In this document: positions 1-8,384 of the stretch, piece by piece
Numbering within the stretch: the stretch's first letter is position 1
Layout: every line of letters starts with the position of its first letter
Assembly (NCBI RefSeq): GCF_024170505.1
Contig: NZ_JALJYG010000010.1
Location: 39,676-71,675, forward strand
DNA: 32,000 bases
Direction of reading: 5' to 3'
From: Methanocalculus alkaliphilus
GTDB taxonomy: Archaea; Halobacteriota; Methanomicrobia; Methanomicrobiales; Methanocorpusculaceae
Position numbers and translations under genes: made by a program
The notes under the pieces: model-generated
What the model saw: only the letters and a program-made list of their open reading frames with translations
What the model was told of the DNA's origin: nothing
Database searches by the model: none

Positions 1-688
1 GGAGAACCTCTCCGGAGAAGCCTTCCACCATCCCGGCGGCGGCAGGGATCATCGGATCCCCGGCAGCAGCGACGATGTCGAGGGGATCGGTGATTCCTTC
101 GTCCTGTATCCTCCGGAGAACCGCCCCTGCAATCTCTTCTTTGAGTGAATGCGGGTTGTCAATGAAACTGCTTGAGACGCGGGCATCATATCCGAGGCCG
201 CGCAGGACGCAGAGGGATGTCGTCGTTCCCCCCGGAACACATTCTCCGATGACGAGCATATCCGAGAGTTGCGAGAGGAACGCTCCAAGCTCCCTGCCCC
301 TCTGATAGAGCATCCCTGCCATCGGGACGGCATCGGAGATCCGGGGGTCTCTTCCCGGCTCGCCACAGAGATGGTAGGTTGGTGTTGTTGCCGGATGCTC
401 AAGACCGGCGTTGATGAAGAGGGGGGTGAGGCCGCAGAGCTGCATCATCGCCCGCGTGATGGTGGCGGGTGTCGGGCACCCTGTCGGGGTATTCGGCCGG
501 ATCGGCATACTGGTGATCCTCCCGTCAGCGATCAGCTCCGCATCAAGGATGGGGGTAAAGACGGTCTTTTCAGGGGACGGGCCTGCCCCGGATATCCCCG
601 GCACCTTTGAAAGCATTGTGTTTGCCAGGATAGGCGCAAAAACAGGTCTTTTCGGATGGTATGTGATCTCTTCGGATAAAAATGCCAT
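1..688 (-). CDS. cobT: Archaeal-type CobT (nicotinate-nucleotide--dimethylbenzimidazole phosphoribosyltransferase, UPF0284 family). The first ~229 codons are present; the 3' end lies beyond the window start.
   Basis: Not in the ORF track because it runs off the left edge. Manual translation of the minus strand from the ATG (complement of 686-688) gives MAFLSEEITYHPKRPVFAPILANTMLSKVPGISGAGPSPEKTVFTPILDAELIADGRITSMPIRPNTPTGCPTPATITRAMMQLCGLTPLFINAGL...LVIGECVPGGTTTSLCVLRGLGYDARVSSSF. The frame stays open to nt 1. It resembles archaeal UPF0284/CobT-like proteins as I recall them. It is divergent from cobZ-cobS. Confidence 0.7.
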   Translation of the reverse strand, partial: MAFLSEEITYHPKRPVFAPILANTMLSKVPGISGAGPSPEKTVFTPILDAELIADGRITSMPIRPNTPTGCPTPATITRAMMQLCGLTPLFINAGLEHPATTPTYHLCGEPGRDPRISDAVPMAGMLYQRGRELGAFLSQLSDMLVIGECVPGGTTTSLCVLRGLGYDARVSSSFIDNPHSLKEEIAGAVLRRIQDEGITDPLDIVAAAGDPMIPAAAGMVEGFSGEVL

Positions 689-700
689 ATAGGTTAATGA

Positions 701-1162
701 TTGCCTGCCTCCCAGATAATAGTCATCATGTTTGAGATAGAGGAACGCCTTCTTGCCCTTGGCGTGGATATGGATGCGATACTGGATGCCGGAATGGAGC
801 TGTATGTTCCCCACGGGCTTACGGCAGAAGAAGGACGACTGGTTCTTGAGAAGAATATCCGGCGTGCCCTTGGAGATCCGAATGTCTCTGCAATGCTCCT
901 CTCTGCGATCCTCCTTGAAGAGGAGCTGTACGCGAAGCGGAAGGATTCGGAGATCGCTGACGATCCCGTCTTCCTCCTTGCAGATGAGATCATCGGGATG
1001 GCGATTGCGGAGATCATCGCAGGCACCTATGCGAGATTTGAGTTTACCAGGTACGACCAGAAGAAACCGGGTATCCTCTCGCAGCTGGGCCCCTTCATGG
1101 ATGATGCGATCGCCGGCCTCATCGCAGGCTGTACATCAAAGCTCTATAGTGACGGTCAATGA
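701..1162 (+). CDS. cobZ: Alpha-ribazole-5'-phosphate phosphatase CobZ (PgpA-like fold)
   Basis: The ORF contains PgpA/CobZ-like motifs (DDPVFLLADEIIGMAIAEIIAG, GPFMDDAIAGLIAG). Its stop overlaps the cobS start (ATGA at 1159-1162). The true start may be the ATG at 728 (MFEIEERLL), which would leave a 39-nt divergent spacer to cobT. Confidence 0.65.
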   Translation: MPASQIIVIMFEIEERLLALGVDMDAILDAGMELYVPHGLTAEEGRLVLEKNIRRALGDPNVSAMLLSAILLEEELYAKRKDSEIADDPVFLLADEIIGMAIAEIIAGTYARFEFTRYDQKKPGILSQLGPFMDDAIAGLIAGCTSKLYSDGQ

Positions 1163-1884
1163 GTCTCTTTGAGGGTGTCAGGGCGCTCCTCCAGTTCTCA
1201 ACCATCCTTCCGGTTGGGCGATCAGCAGACTTTGAGGCTTTTGCGAAGCGATCCTATCTTTATCCGCTTGCAGGGTACCTGATCGGGGCTGTTGCCCTCC
1301 TCCCGCTCTTCATCATTCCAAACCCTCTGGCAGGAGCAGCCCTCTCAATCGGCCTTCTCCTCTTCCTCTCCGGATGCAACCATTTCGATGGCCTCCTTGA
1401 TCTTGGGGACGGTCTGATGGCACACGGGAGCAGGGAGATCCGGGTCAGGGCATTGACGGATCGGCAGATTGGTGCGGGGGGTGTCGCCATGGGGCTTACA
1501 ATCACCCTCATCTCCTTTGGATCGCTCTCTGCGCTCGCTGCGATCCCGGCTGTTCTCCTCATCGCCGAGGTTGCATCGAAGGCATCAATGGCAACCCTGA
1601 CGGCTCTTGGTGCACCGTTTCGTGACGGAATTCATAGCTTTCTCTACGAACGCGCACAATGGTGGTTCCTGATTCCCGCCTGGCTCTTCGCGATGCCGCT
1701 CTTTCTGCTCCCCCTTCCATGGGTGGCGATTACCGTGGCGCTGGGAGCTGCAGCCTCAGCAACAGGGATCCTGCTTGCTGGTGCCCGTCGTCTCTTCGGT
1801 GGGATCAACGGTGATCTCGTCGGGGCATCAAATGAGATTGTGAGGGCTGTCGTGCTCCTCACACTTGTGATTATGCTCGCCTGA
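1159..1884 (+). CDS. cobS: Adenosylcobinamide-GDP ribazoletransferase (cobalamin synthase)
   Basis: 241-aa polytopic membrane protein. The N-terminus (LLQFSTILPVG...YPLAGYLIG) and the internal HFDGLLDLGDGL motif are typical of CobS/CobV. It sits in cob context. Confidence 0.85.
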   Translation: MSLFEGVRALLQFSTILPVGRSADFEAFAKRSYLYPLAGYLIGAVALLPLFIIPNPLAGAALSIGLLLFLSGCNHFDGLLDLGDGLMAHGSREIRVRALTDRQIGAGGVAMGLTITLISFGSLSALAAIPAVLLIAEVASKASMATLTALGAPFRDGIHSFLYERAQWWFLIPAWLFAMPLFLLPLPWVAITVALGAAASATGILLAGARRLFGGINGDLVGASNEIVRAVVLLTLVIMLA

Positions 1885-1890
1885 AAAAAA

Positions 1891-2196
1891 TCAGCGTGCT
1901 GAGAGGTGGGAGAAGCCGGTCCCCTTCTCATCGGCACACTCGATCGCTTCTGCGCGGGGGTCGTCGATCAGCTGGTTGAACATCATCGCTGCGGTGAGGA
2001 GATCATGATCCGATGCCCGGCCGCGCCGGAGCTTCTCATGGGTCTGAAGAAGCGGCGACGGTGTCAGCCTTCTGGCGATCCGTATCCCGGCACAGTGCCT
2101 GCAGTAAGCGCACCGGATATGTATCGCGACCTCACCTGTCGCGCACTCAACGGTGATACGGTCATTTGGTCCTCGAATAAAAGGAAGCGTCTTCAT
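1891..2196 (-). CDS. Hypothetical small Cys-rich protein (CxxCxxC motif, possible metal/Fe-S binding)
   Basis: 101-aa ORF with codon usage similar to its neighbours. It contains the motif C29-AY-C32-RH-C35 plus C18 and C87. It converges on cobS with a 6-nt gap. I recognise no family. Confidence 0.4.
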   Translation of the reverse strand: MKTLPFIRGPNDRITVECATGEVAIHIRCAYCRHCAGIRIARRLTPSPLLQTHEKLRRGRASDHDLLTAAMMFNQLIDDPRAEAIECADEKGTGFSHLSAR

Positions 2197-2265
2197 GACG
2201 GGAGGATAGGATCGGATAGTTCATCATTGTATCGTTTCCTTTAGGGATTTCGGGTAAAAAGTGAA

Positions 2266-2277
2266 ATATTTTATATA
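2266..2277 (+). promoter_or_regulatory. Archaeal TATA box (atattttatata) with an A-rich BRE-like upstream flank, for tuf-rps10
   Basis: Near-consensus tttatata lies in the AT-rich stretch aaaaagtgaaatattttatatag, about 80 nt upstream of the tuf ATG. A GGAGG Shine-Dalgarno at 2343-2347 precedes the ATG at 2355. Confidence 0.6.
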
Positions 2278-2354
2278 GTTGCCTTTCCTATCTATTATAC
2301 TCGCATTGGACAGGCTGCACGCTTGACTGTCTCTATATGAGTGGAGGATTGAGA

Positions 2355-3632
2355 ATGGCAGCAGAAAAGCCACACATGAATTTAGCCGTTATCGGCCACA
2401 TTGACCACGGAAAGTCAACTACGGTTGGTCGCCTTCTTTTCGAGACCGGTGCTGTAGCCCAGCACGTTCTTGACTCATTCAAGAAGGAGGCCGAGTCGAA
2501 GGGCAAGGGCTCCTTCGAATTTGCATGGGTTATGGACAGCCTCAAAGAGGAGCGGGACCGTGGTATCACCATCGATATCGCCCACAAGAGGTTCGACACT
2601 CCGAAGTACTACTTCACCGTCGTCGACTGCCCGGGCCACCGTGACTTCGTCAAGAACATGATCACCGGTGCCTCGCAGGCAGATGCAGCAGTACTTGTCG
2701 TCGCTGCACCTGACGGTCCGATGGAGCAGACCAAAGAGCACGTCTTCCTTTCAAGGACCCTCGGTATCACCCAGCTGATCATCGCCGTCAACAAGATGGA
2801 TGCTGTTAAGTACGATGAGAAGCGGTTCAATGAAGTGAAACAGCAGGTCAGCGATCTGATCAAGATGGTCGGATTCAAGGTTGATGAGACGATCTTCATC
2901 CCGATGAGCTCATTTGCCGGTGCCAACATCAAAGAGAAGTCCAAGGATACTCCATGGTACAATGGCCCGACACTTCTTGAGGCACTCGACACGCTCAAAG
3001 AGCCTGAGAAGCCCACCGACAAGCCGCTCCGTCTCCCGATCCAGGATGTCTATACCATCTCCGGTATCGGAACCGTTCCGGTCGGCCGTGTTGAGACCGG
3101 TCTCCTGAAGAAGGGAATGAAGGTCTCGTTCATGCCTGCCAACAAAGAGGGTGAGGTAAAATCCATCGAGATGCACCATGAGGAGCACGCACAGGCAGGA
3201 CCCGGCGACAACGTAGGGTTCAACGTTCGTGGTATCGCAAAGAACGATATCCGCCGTGGAGATGTCTGTGGTCCGGTCGATGCACCACCAACCGTTGCAG
3301 AAGAGTTCACTGCCCAGGTCGTTGTTCTTCAGCACCCAAGTGTCCTCTCAATCGGGTACACCCCGGTCTTCCACTGCCACACAGCCCAGGTTGCCTGTAC
3401 CTTCCTTGAGCTTCAGAAGAAGCTTGACCCACGGAGTGGCCAGGTCAAGGAGGAGAACCCTGCCTTCCTCAAAGCAGGAGATGCTGCTATCGTCAAGATT
3501 GTTCCCACCCGCCCACTCGTCATCGAGAAGGCAAAAGAGCTTCCGCAGCTCGGCCGCTTTGCGGTCCGTGATATGGGATCCACCATCGCTGCAGGTATTG
3601 TCCTCGATATTAAAGCGAAGCAGATGAGATAA
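2355..3632 (+). CDS. tuf: Translation elongation factor EF-1 alpha (aEF1A)
   Basis: The sequence [22 protein letters not shown]...DCPGHRDF...NKMD carries the full GTPase motifs and archaeal EF-1alpha domains II/III. I chose the ATG at 2355 (SD 8 nt upstream) over the track start at 2337. Confidence 0.97.
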   Translation: MAAEKPHMNLAVIGHIDHGKSTTVGRLLFETGAVAQHVLDSFKKEAESKGKGSFEFAWVMDSLKEERDRGITIDIAHKRFDTPKYYFTVVDCPGHRDFVKNMITGASQADAAVLVVAAPDGPMEQTKEHVFLSRTLGITQLIIAVNKMDAVKYDEKRFNEVKQQVSDLIKMVGFKVDETIFIPMSSFAGANIKEKSKDTPWYNGPTLLEALDTLKEPEKPTDKPLRLPIQDVYTISGIGTVPVGRVETGLLKKGMKVSFMPANKEGEVKSIEMHHEEHAQAGPGDNVGFNVRGIAKNDIRRGDVCGPVDAPPTVAEEFTAQVVVLQHPSVLSIGYTPVFHCHTAQVACTFLELQKKLDPRSGQVKEENPAFLKAGDAAIVKIVPTRPLVIEKAKELPQLGRFAVRDMGSTIAAGIVLDIKAKQMR

Positions 3633-3658
3633 ACTCTCATCTTTTACGGTGACCCCCT

Positions 3659-3967
3659 ATGCAGAAAGCCAGAATACGCCTGACCGGGACAGATTACGAA
3701 AAAATTGAGACGGTTTGCTCCCGCATCCGTGAGATTGCTGAAAGAACCGGTGTTAATTTAGCAGGTCCGATATCACTCCCGACGAAGCGTCTTATTGTCC
3801 CAATCCGGAAGAGCCCGGATGGAGAAGGGACGGCTACGTGGGATCGCTGGCAGATGCGTGTCCATAAGCGGCTTATCGATATCGATGCCGACGAGCGTGC
3901 ACTCCGTCAGCTGATGCGGATACAGGTGCCCAAGGACATCGGCATTGAGATCGTCCTTGAGGGATGA
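3659..3967 (+). CDS. rps10: 30S ribosomal protein S10
   Basis: The sequence [20 protein letters not shown]...[10 protein letters not shown]...[13 protein letters not shown] is classic archaeal S10. It lies directly after tuf, which is the conserved order. Confidence 0.95.
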   Translation: MQKARIRLTGTDYEKIETVCSRIREIAERTGVNLAGPISLPTKRLIVPIRKSPDGEGTATWDRWQMRVHKRLIDIDADERALRQLMRIQVPKDIGIEIVLEG

Positions 3968-3985
3968 TCATCGTGAGATAGCGGC

Positions 3986-5596
3986 ATGAAAGCCGCAACG
4001 GATACACCAATTTTTCAGCGGCTCCTTTCACCGGAGTTGCTACTCTTTTACATCATTCTTCTGGCGGGCATCCTTCGGTTTGCCTTTCTGGATCTGAAAC
4101 TCTATCACCATGATGAAACAGTTCATGCATGGTTTGCCTATGAACTCCTGACGAAAGGAACCTATATCTATGATCCAAAATTTCATGGTCCGTTCCTCTT
4201 CTATGTGACGGCGGGGCTTTTTTCCCTCTTTGGAGACTCGGATCTTGTCGGGAGACTGCTTCCTGCATTTCTTGGAACCGCTCTTATAGCACTCGTCTAT
4301 CCGCTCTACCGGATGGAATATCTTGATGCACGGCAGATGCTTGTTGCCGCGGCTTTCCTCGCGCTTTCGCCGGAGATGGTCTATTTTTCGAGGTTCCTCA
4401 GAAACGATATCTTCATCGCCTTCTTCACACTTCTTCTCATCGTCGCTGCGTGTGCGTACTTCAGATATGAAAAACTCAGGTATGCACTGCTGGCCGCTGT
4501 TGCGGCGGCCCTTGGCATGTCAAGTAAAGAGAATATGCCGATCGTCCTTGTGATCCTCGGCTCGTACCTCCTCTTTGCCATCTGGACAAGGCGCCTGGTC
4601 TTTCCGGTCACCTGGCGGCGGGATCTCACTGCTGCGATCCTCCTTGGTGCAGGTATCATCGCCCTCTTTTATTCGTCCTTTGGCTCACATCCCGAGATTG
4701 TCCTCTATGCCGGACAGATGGCGATCTCCCACTGGATGGAGATGCATGGGATTGAACGGCTTGGAGGACCCTGGTACTTTTATTTTGTCTTCCTGGTCCT
4801 CTATGAGGTGCCGATCCTCATTCTGGCCGCACTTGGTATGATCCATTTCATCCTCGGGGGGACGATCATACAACGTATCCGCTCTCTCCGGGAGAAGGGG
4901 GCATCTGATCAGATGCTGCCCCTCGCCCCATCTGCCATACCCGATGAGATCCGATCAATATTCCGCCGCCCCGAGCCCGGCATTACCTATGATCCGAAGA
5001 TGGAGTTCATCCGCTTCTCAATCTGGTGGATGATCACCTCCCTTGCCGTCTATGCATATATTGGTGAGAAGGTACCCTGGCTCATCCTCCATCAGCTCCT
5101 CCCGATGATCTTTGTTGCCACATATATGCTGGATCGGACCAAGATGGTGATCGTCGGCCTTGGCATCATCTTCCTCTTTGGGATGACGATGCATGTTGCA
5201 TTTACCCCGGCAGATATTCCTGAGCCGATTGTCCAGGTGCAGAATTCAGAAGACCTGCGTATTCTGATGGACTGGATCGATGAATCTGATCGTGTCGCCA
5301 TAGCGACTGATATCTACTGGCCGCTTCCCTGGTATTATCGCGGGGATCGGTGGGGGCCGTTCACCCTCTTTGGTGACAGGCCGAATGAAGGATCCCTTCT
5401 GGCCGGCAATTATGATCTCATCATCACCCATGACAGGAACAGCTATGATGCACTCCCCGGATATGAGAAAGTGACACTACGGCACAGCTACTGGGTGACC
5501 TATTACGAGGTGAAGGGGAACCTGGTATGGTATTACTTCACCCGGCAGGTCCCGACCGGGGGTCAGAACTATGATGTCTTCAGGCGGGTGGCATAG
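3986..5596 (+). CDS. Polytopic GT-C/PMT-like membrane protein, TIGR03663 family (Agl23-like, flippase-activity-associated)
   Basis: 536 aa with more than 10 predicted TM helices. The N-terminal region has the family-invariant DE dipeptide (4112-4117, YHHDETVHAW) and HGP tripeptide (4184-4192, KFHGPFLFY). It resembles dolichyl-phosphate-mannose protein mannosyltransferase N-termini. Confidence 0.7.
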   Translation: MKAATDTPIFQRLLSPELLLFYIILLAGILRFAFLDLKLYHHDETVHAWFAYELLTKGTYIYDPKFHGPFLFYVTAGLFSLFGDSDLVGRLLPAFLGTALIALVYPLYRMEYLDARQMLVAAAFLALSPEMVYFSRFLRNDIFIAFFTLLLIVAACAYFRYEKLRYALLAAVAAALGMSSKENMPIVLVILGSYLLFAIWTRRLVFPVTWRRDLTAAILLGAGIIALFYSSFGSHPEIVLYAGQMAISHWMEMHGIERLGGPWYFYFVFLVLYEVPILILAALGMIHFILGGTIIQRIRSLREKGASDQMLPLAPSAIPDEIRSIFRRPEPGITYDPKMEFIRFSIWWMITSLAVYAYIGEKVPWLILHQLLPMIFVATYMLDRTKMVIVGLGIIFLFGMTMHVAFTPADIPEPIVQVQNSEDLRILMDWIDESDRVAIATDIYWPLPWYYRGDRWGPFTLFGDRPNEGSLLAGNYDLIITHDRNSYDALPGYEKVTLRHSYWVTYYEVKGNLVWYYFTRQVPTGGQNYDVFRRVA

Positions 5597-5995
5597 GAGC
5601 AGGCTCTGTCTCTGCTCTTTCTCTCTTTGTTTTGCTCTCAGGGATTATCCTTCCCTCTCCTGATACCTGTCTGATCAGGGTCATCCCTGGATACTCTCTC
5701 TCAGAGGGATCTGACGCTGTCCTCCACCACTCTCTGACGTCTCCATCTCTTTCTCCAAAGACAGCTCAATCTCGTCCTTTCCCCTGCTCAGGGAGAGATT
5801 ACGACGAAGGAGCCTCATACCCATTGTCTATTGTGCTGATGGATCAACAAGATACCATCATGATTACCAGAAGAGTCGTGGTAAAGAAGAGATCGAAAAA
5901 AAGCTCATGATGCCCATACGGGCAACAGGCATACAAGATGAAAAAGGGGGGTTATTTCCCAGGTTTTTTCTTATACCAGTGATTTGGCTGTGCAG

Positions 5996-7093
5996 CTATC
6001 CAAGTTCATCCCAGGCACGCCGCTTCTTTATAACAACGAATCCGATCACTCCGATGATCGCACCCCCGACGATGATCCAGAGGAACGGCTTGCCCGGATC
6101 AACAACGGCGGGGAGAGATTCAATATCCTCTCTCAGATCACGTGCTTCCTGAAGCACTCTCTCCCCATCCGCTACTGCATCCCGTGCCTGGGTCTGGGCC
6201 CGTGCATAATTTCCGGTCTCGTATGAGTCTTTTGCCGTATCAACAAGATTTTTGATACTCTGCCGCTTGGAGGTGAGCAGGATGACACGGGAGTCGCTTG
6301 CTCTTCCTCGTTCATTTGAGAGATAGTCGATGATACCATCGATCTCGGCAACGTATCCTTCTGCTTTGCTGATAGAGTGCTGGACGATCGTCTGTTCGAG
6401 GAGAGTCTCTGCCTCTGCGATCTGTGTCTGTGCAGCGTTCAAATGTGTCTGTGCAGTTGCAACATTCGCTCCGGCGGCCTCCGCACTCTCAAGGGAGACT
6501 TTTGCAGCATTATATTTTGTATCAATATTTGCAGTATCAACCCCGTCGTCATGAGCATTGTCGATAGCTGTTTTTAATACCTGCAAATCTGACTTTGCTG
6601 AGACAATTCTGGTTTGTACTTCTGCCGGATTAATGACCGTTCTGGTTACGAGGAACTCTTCCCGAACATTATCAGAAGAACCGAGCTGGCGAATTCGAAT
6701 AATGGATTTATCCCCGGTTGTCGATACTTCCGGCACTGTTCCTTCAAGGTTGACACGAACACTCACATCGAACGGGTAATTAAGCTCCCAACCCGATATT
6801 CTTGTTGTCCTGAAACCTGTCGGTTGACGTGGATTATCGATCCCATCAAGAACAATTGTATAGGTCCACCGTGGAGAGTCGAGATCTGTAAAGAGCTGTA
6901 AGGAATTATCATCCGGGATGGTAGTTCCATCTGTATGTTTAAAGCTGACAGTTGTATCGATGGTCAGTTTCGTTCCGGGTGCCAGATCTCCAGTTGGTAT
7001 GCCTGATGGCGGCTGAACCGTAAAGGCAGAAACCGATACGGCACAGAGTGCCAGGAAGGCGATAAGTATCAGTAATAATCGTCCTTTTTTCAT
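5996..7093 (-). CDS. Exported coiled-coil protein with a C-terminal membrane anchor, function unknown, in an operon with cetZ
   Basis: Signal peptide MKKGRLLLILIAFLALCAVSVSA (7025-7093). About 140 aa of beta-rich domain follows, then an Ala/Gln/Glu-rich helical region (about 6104-6601). The C-terminal TM is PFLWIIVGGAIIGVIGFVVI (6029-6088), followed by a 10-aa tail KKRRAWDELG. The SD GAGGAG overlaps the cetZ stop, with a 9-nt gap. Confidence 0.8.
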   Translation of the reverse strand: MKKGRLLLILIAFLALCAVSVSAFTVQPPSGIPTGDLAPGTKLTIDTTVSFKHTDGTTIPDDNSLQLFTDLDSPRWTYTIVLDGIDNPRQPTGFRTTRISGWELNYPFDVSVRVNLEGTVPEVSTTGDKSIIRIRQLGSSDNVREEFLVTRTVINPAEVQTRIVSAKSDLQVLKTAIDNAHDDGVDTANIDTKYNAAKVSLESAEAAGANVATAQTHLNAAQTQIAEAETLLEQTIVQHSISKAEGYVAEIDGIIDYLSNERGRASDSRVILLTSKRQSIKNLVDTAKDSYETGNYARAQTQARDAVADGERVLQEARDLREDIESLPAVVDPGKPFLWIIVGGAIIGVIGFVVIKKRRAWDELG

Positions 7094-7102
7094 ATTTTCT
7101 CC

Positions 7103-8263
7103 TCACTCAAAGAGCGGATCAATGGCATCTTCAAACATCGTCGACTGCCGCTCCTTGGATCTGATGACGTCCTGTTTTGTCTCTTTTGCTACTTCAAGCA
7201 GTTCGGTGATCCGGGGGGCATTCCCGATCGTGGCGAGGACGACGACAGCTGCGATGTATGTCGAATCGACAGGATAGTCGCCGCCTCTCACCTCAACCCC
7301 TGCAATGTTCTCTTCGACCCATGACTTTGACTTCTCAACACCTTTTCTGTCAAGTTCATCGGGTGGTCCGGCAACCAGAACGAGCGCACGTTCGGCGGTT
7401 GTGTAGTCACAGGGAAGGGTCAGGCGGCCGAGCATGGCTCTTCGTATAAGTCCGATGATCTTCGCGGACTTATCCTCTCCGGTAAGGAGATTCTCTCCCT
7501 TATCCTTCCGGGTAAATGCTGAGAAGATACTCTTCTTGGGTTTGCTCTTTGTGATCACATCAGAGATTGCATAGCCGATGGTTGAGATGCCACCGCCCCT
7601 GAGGGTGTTGATGATCTCAGACGAATCCACGACCATCTCACCAACACCCAGCTTTCCAACCTCTCCCGCACGGAAGAGAACTCCGAACCGGCGGACCAGC
7701 TCTTCATTCAGACGCTCATATGCGCTCTTGACGCTCTCCCCTTCGTTCTTCCACGCACTGTTATCGAAGATGAAGGTGTTGTCAGCTTCATTGACAAGGG
7801 TGGCAAGACTGCGGGCGGCATTATACGAGTAGAGTCGCCCTTCTTCGGGGGCTGGAATCATTCCGAGGGCATAGACCGGTTCCCTGTAGATGCGTTTCAG
7901 GTGGCGGCAGAGCACCGGGGTTCCCCCGGATCCCGTTCCACCGCCCAGGCCGGCGACGACGACGAAAGCATCGATATCATGGGTTCCTCTGGTGTCGATC
8001 GCATTGATGATGGTGTCGATCTCGTCCGCTGCGATCTTGGCACCGGTCACATTATCGGTCCCCACACCGTGCCCTTTAACCACAGTCTGGCCGATAAGGA
8101 GACGGTCTTTCATATCGATGTGTTTCAGGCCCATCAGGTCGGTTCGTGCCGTATTTACGGCAATACCACGGAAACTGCCATACTGGAGTTTCCGATCCAT
8201 GGCAAGGAACATATCAACGATCTTCCCCCCGGCCTGTCCGAATCCGATGAAAAATACTCGCAT
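7103..8263 (-). CDS. cetZ: Tubulin/FtsZ-superfamily GTPase, CetZ type
   Basis: The sequence MRVFFIGFGQAGGKIV...VVVAGLGGGTGSGGTPVL carries the tubulin signature. The downstream NAARSLATLVNEADNTFIFDNSA region is typical of archaeal CetZ rather than FtsZ1/2. Confidence 0.85.
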   Translation of the reverse strand: MRVFFIGFGQAGGKIVDMFLAMDRKLQYGSFRGIAVNTARTDLMGLKHIDMKDRLLIGQTVVKGHGVGTDNVTGAKIAADEIDTIINAIDTRGTHDIDAFVVVAGLGGGTGSGGTPVLCRHLKRIYREPVYALGMIPAPEEGRLYSYNAARSLATLVNEADNTFIFDNSAWKNEGESVKSAYERLNEELVRRFGVLFRAGEVGKLGVGEMVVDSSEIINTLRGGGISTIGYAISDVITKSKPKKSIFSAFTRKDKGENLLTGEDKSAKIIGLIRRAMLGRLTLPCDYTTAERALVLVAGPPDELDRKGVEKSKSWVEENIAGVEVRGGDYPVDSTYIAAVVVLATIGNAPRITELLEVAKETKQDVIRSKERQSTMFEDAIDPLFE

Positions 8264-8384
8264 TTAGATGACACCATCCATACTAATGATTTTACCTTTG
8301 GTATCCTCACTATATATGACTTCTTAGTTTATTGGGTTAAGAGATTCAAAAACTTTCTTATGCTCCTGATAGCACAATTATTAC

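Noticed and set aside
49-692. Track ORFs 49-402(-), 75-305(+), 269-610(+) and 411-692(+)
   Set aside because: All lie within, and out of frame with or antisense to, the edge-truncated cobT gene. The cobT translation is clearly protein-like and family-consistent.
6423-6456. 13-nt direct repeat tgtgtctgtgcag x2 as a possible regulatory or repeat element
   Set aside because: It lies inside the coding sequence of the coiled-coil protein. It simply encodes a repeated A-Q-T motif seven codons apart, so it is a protein-level repeat and not an independent DNA feature.
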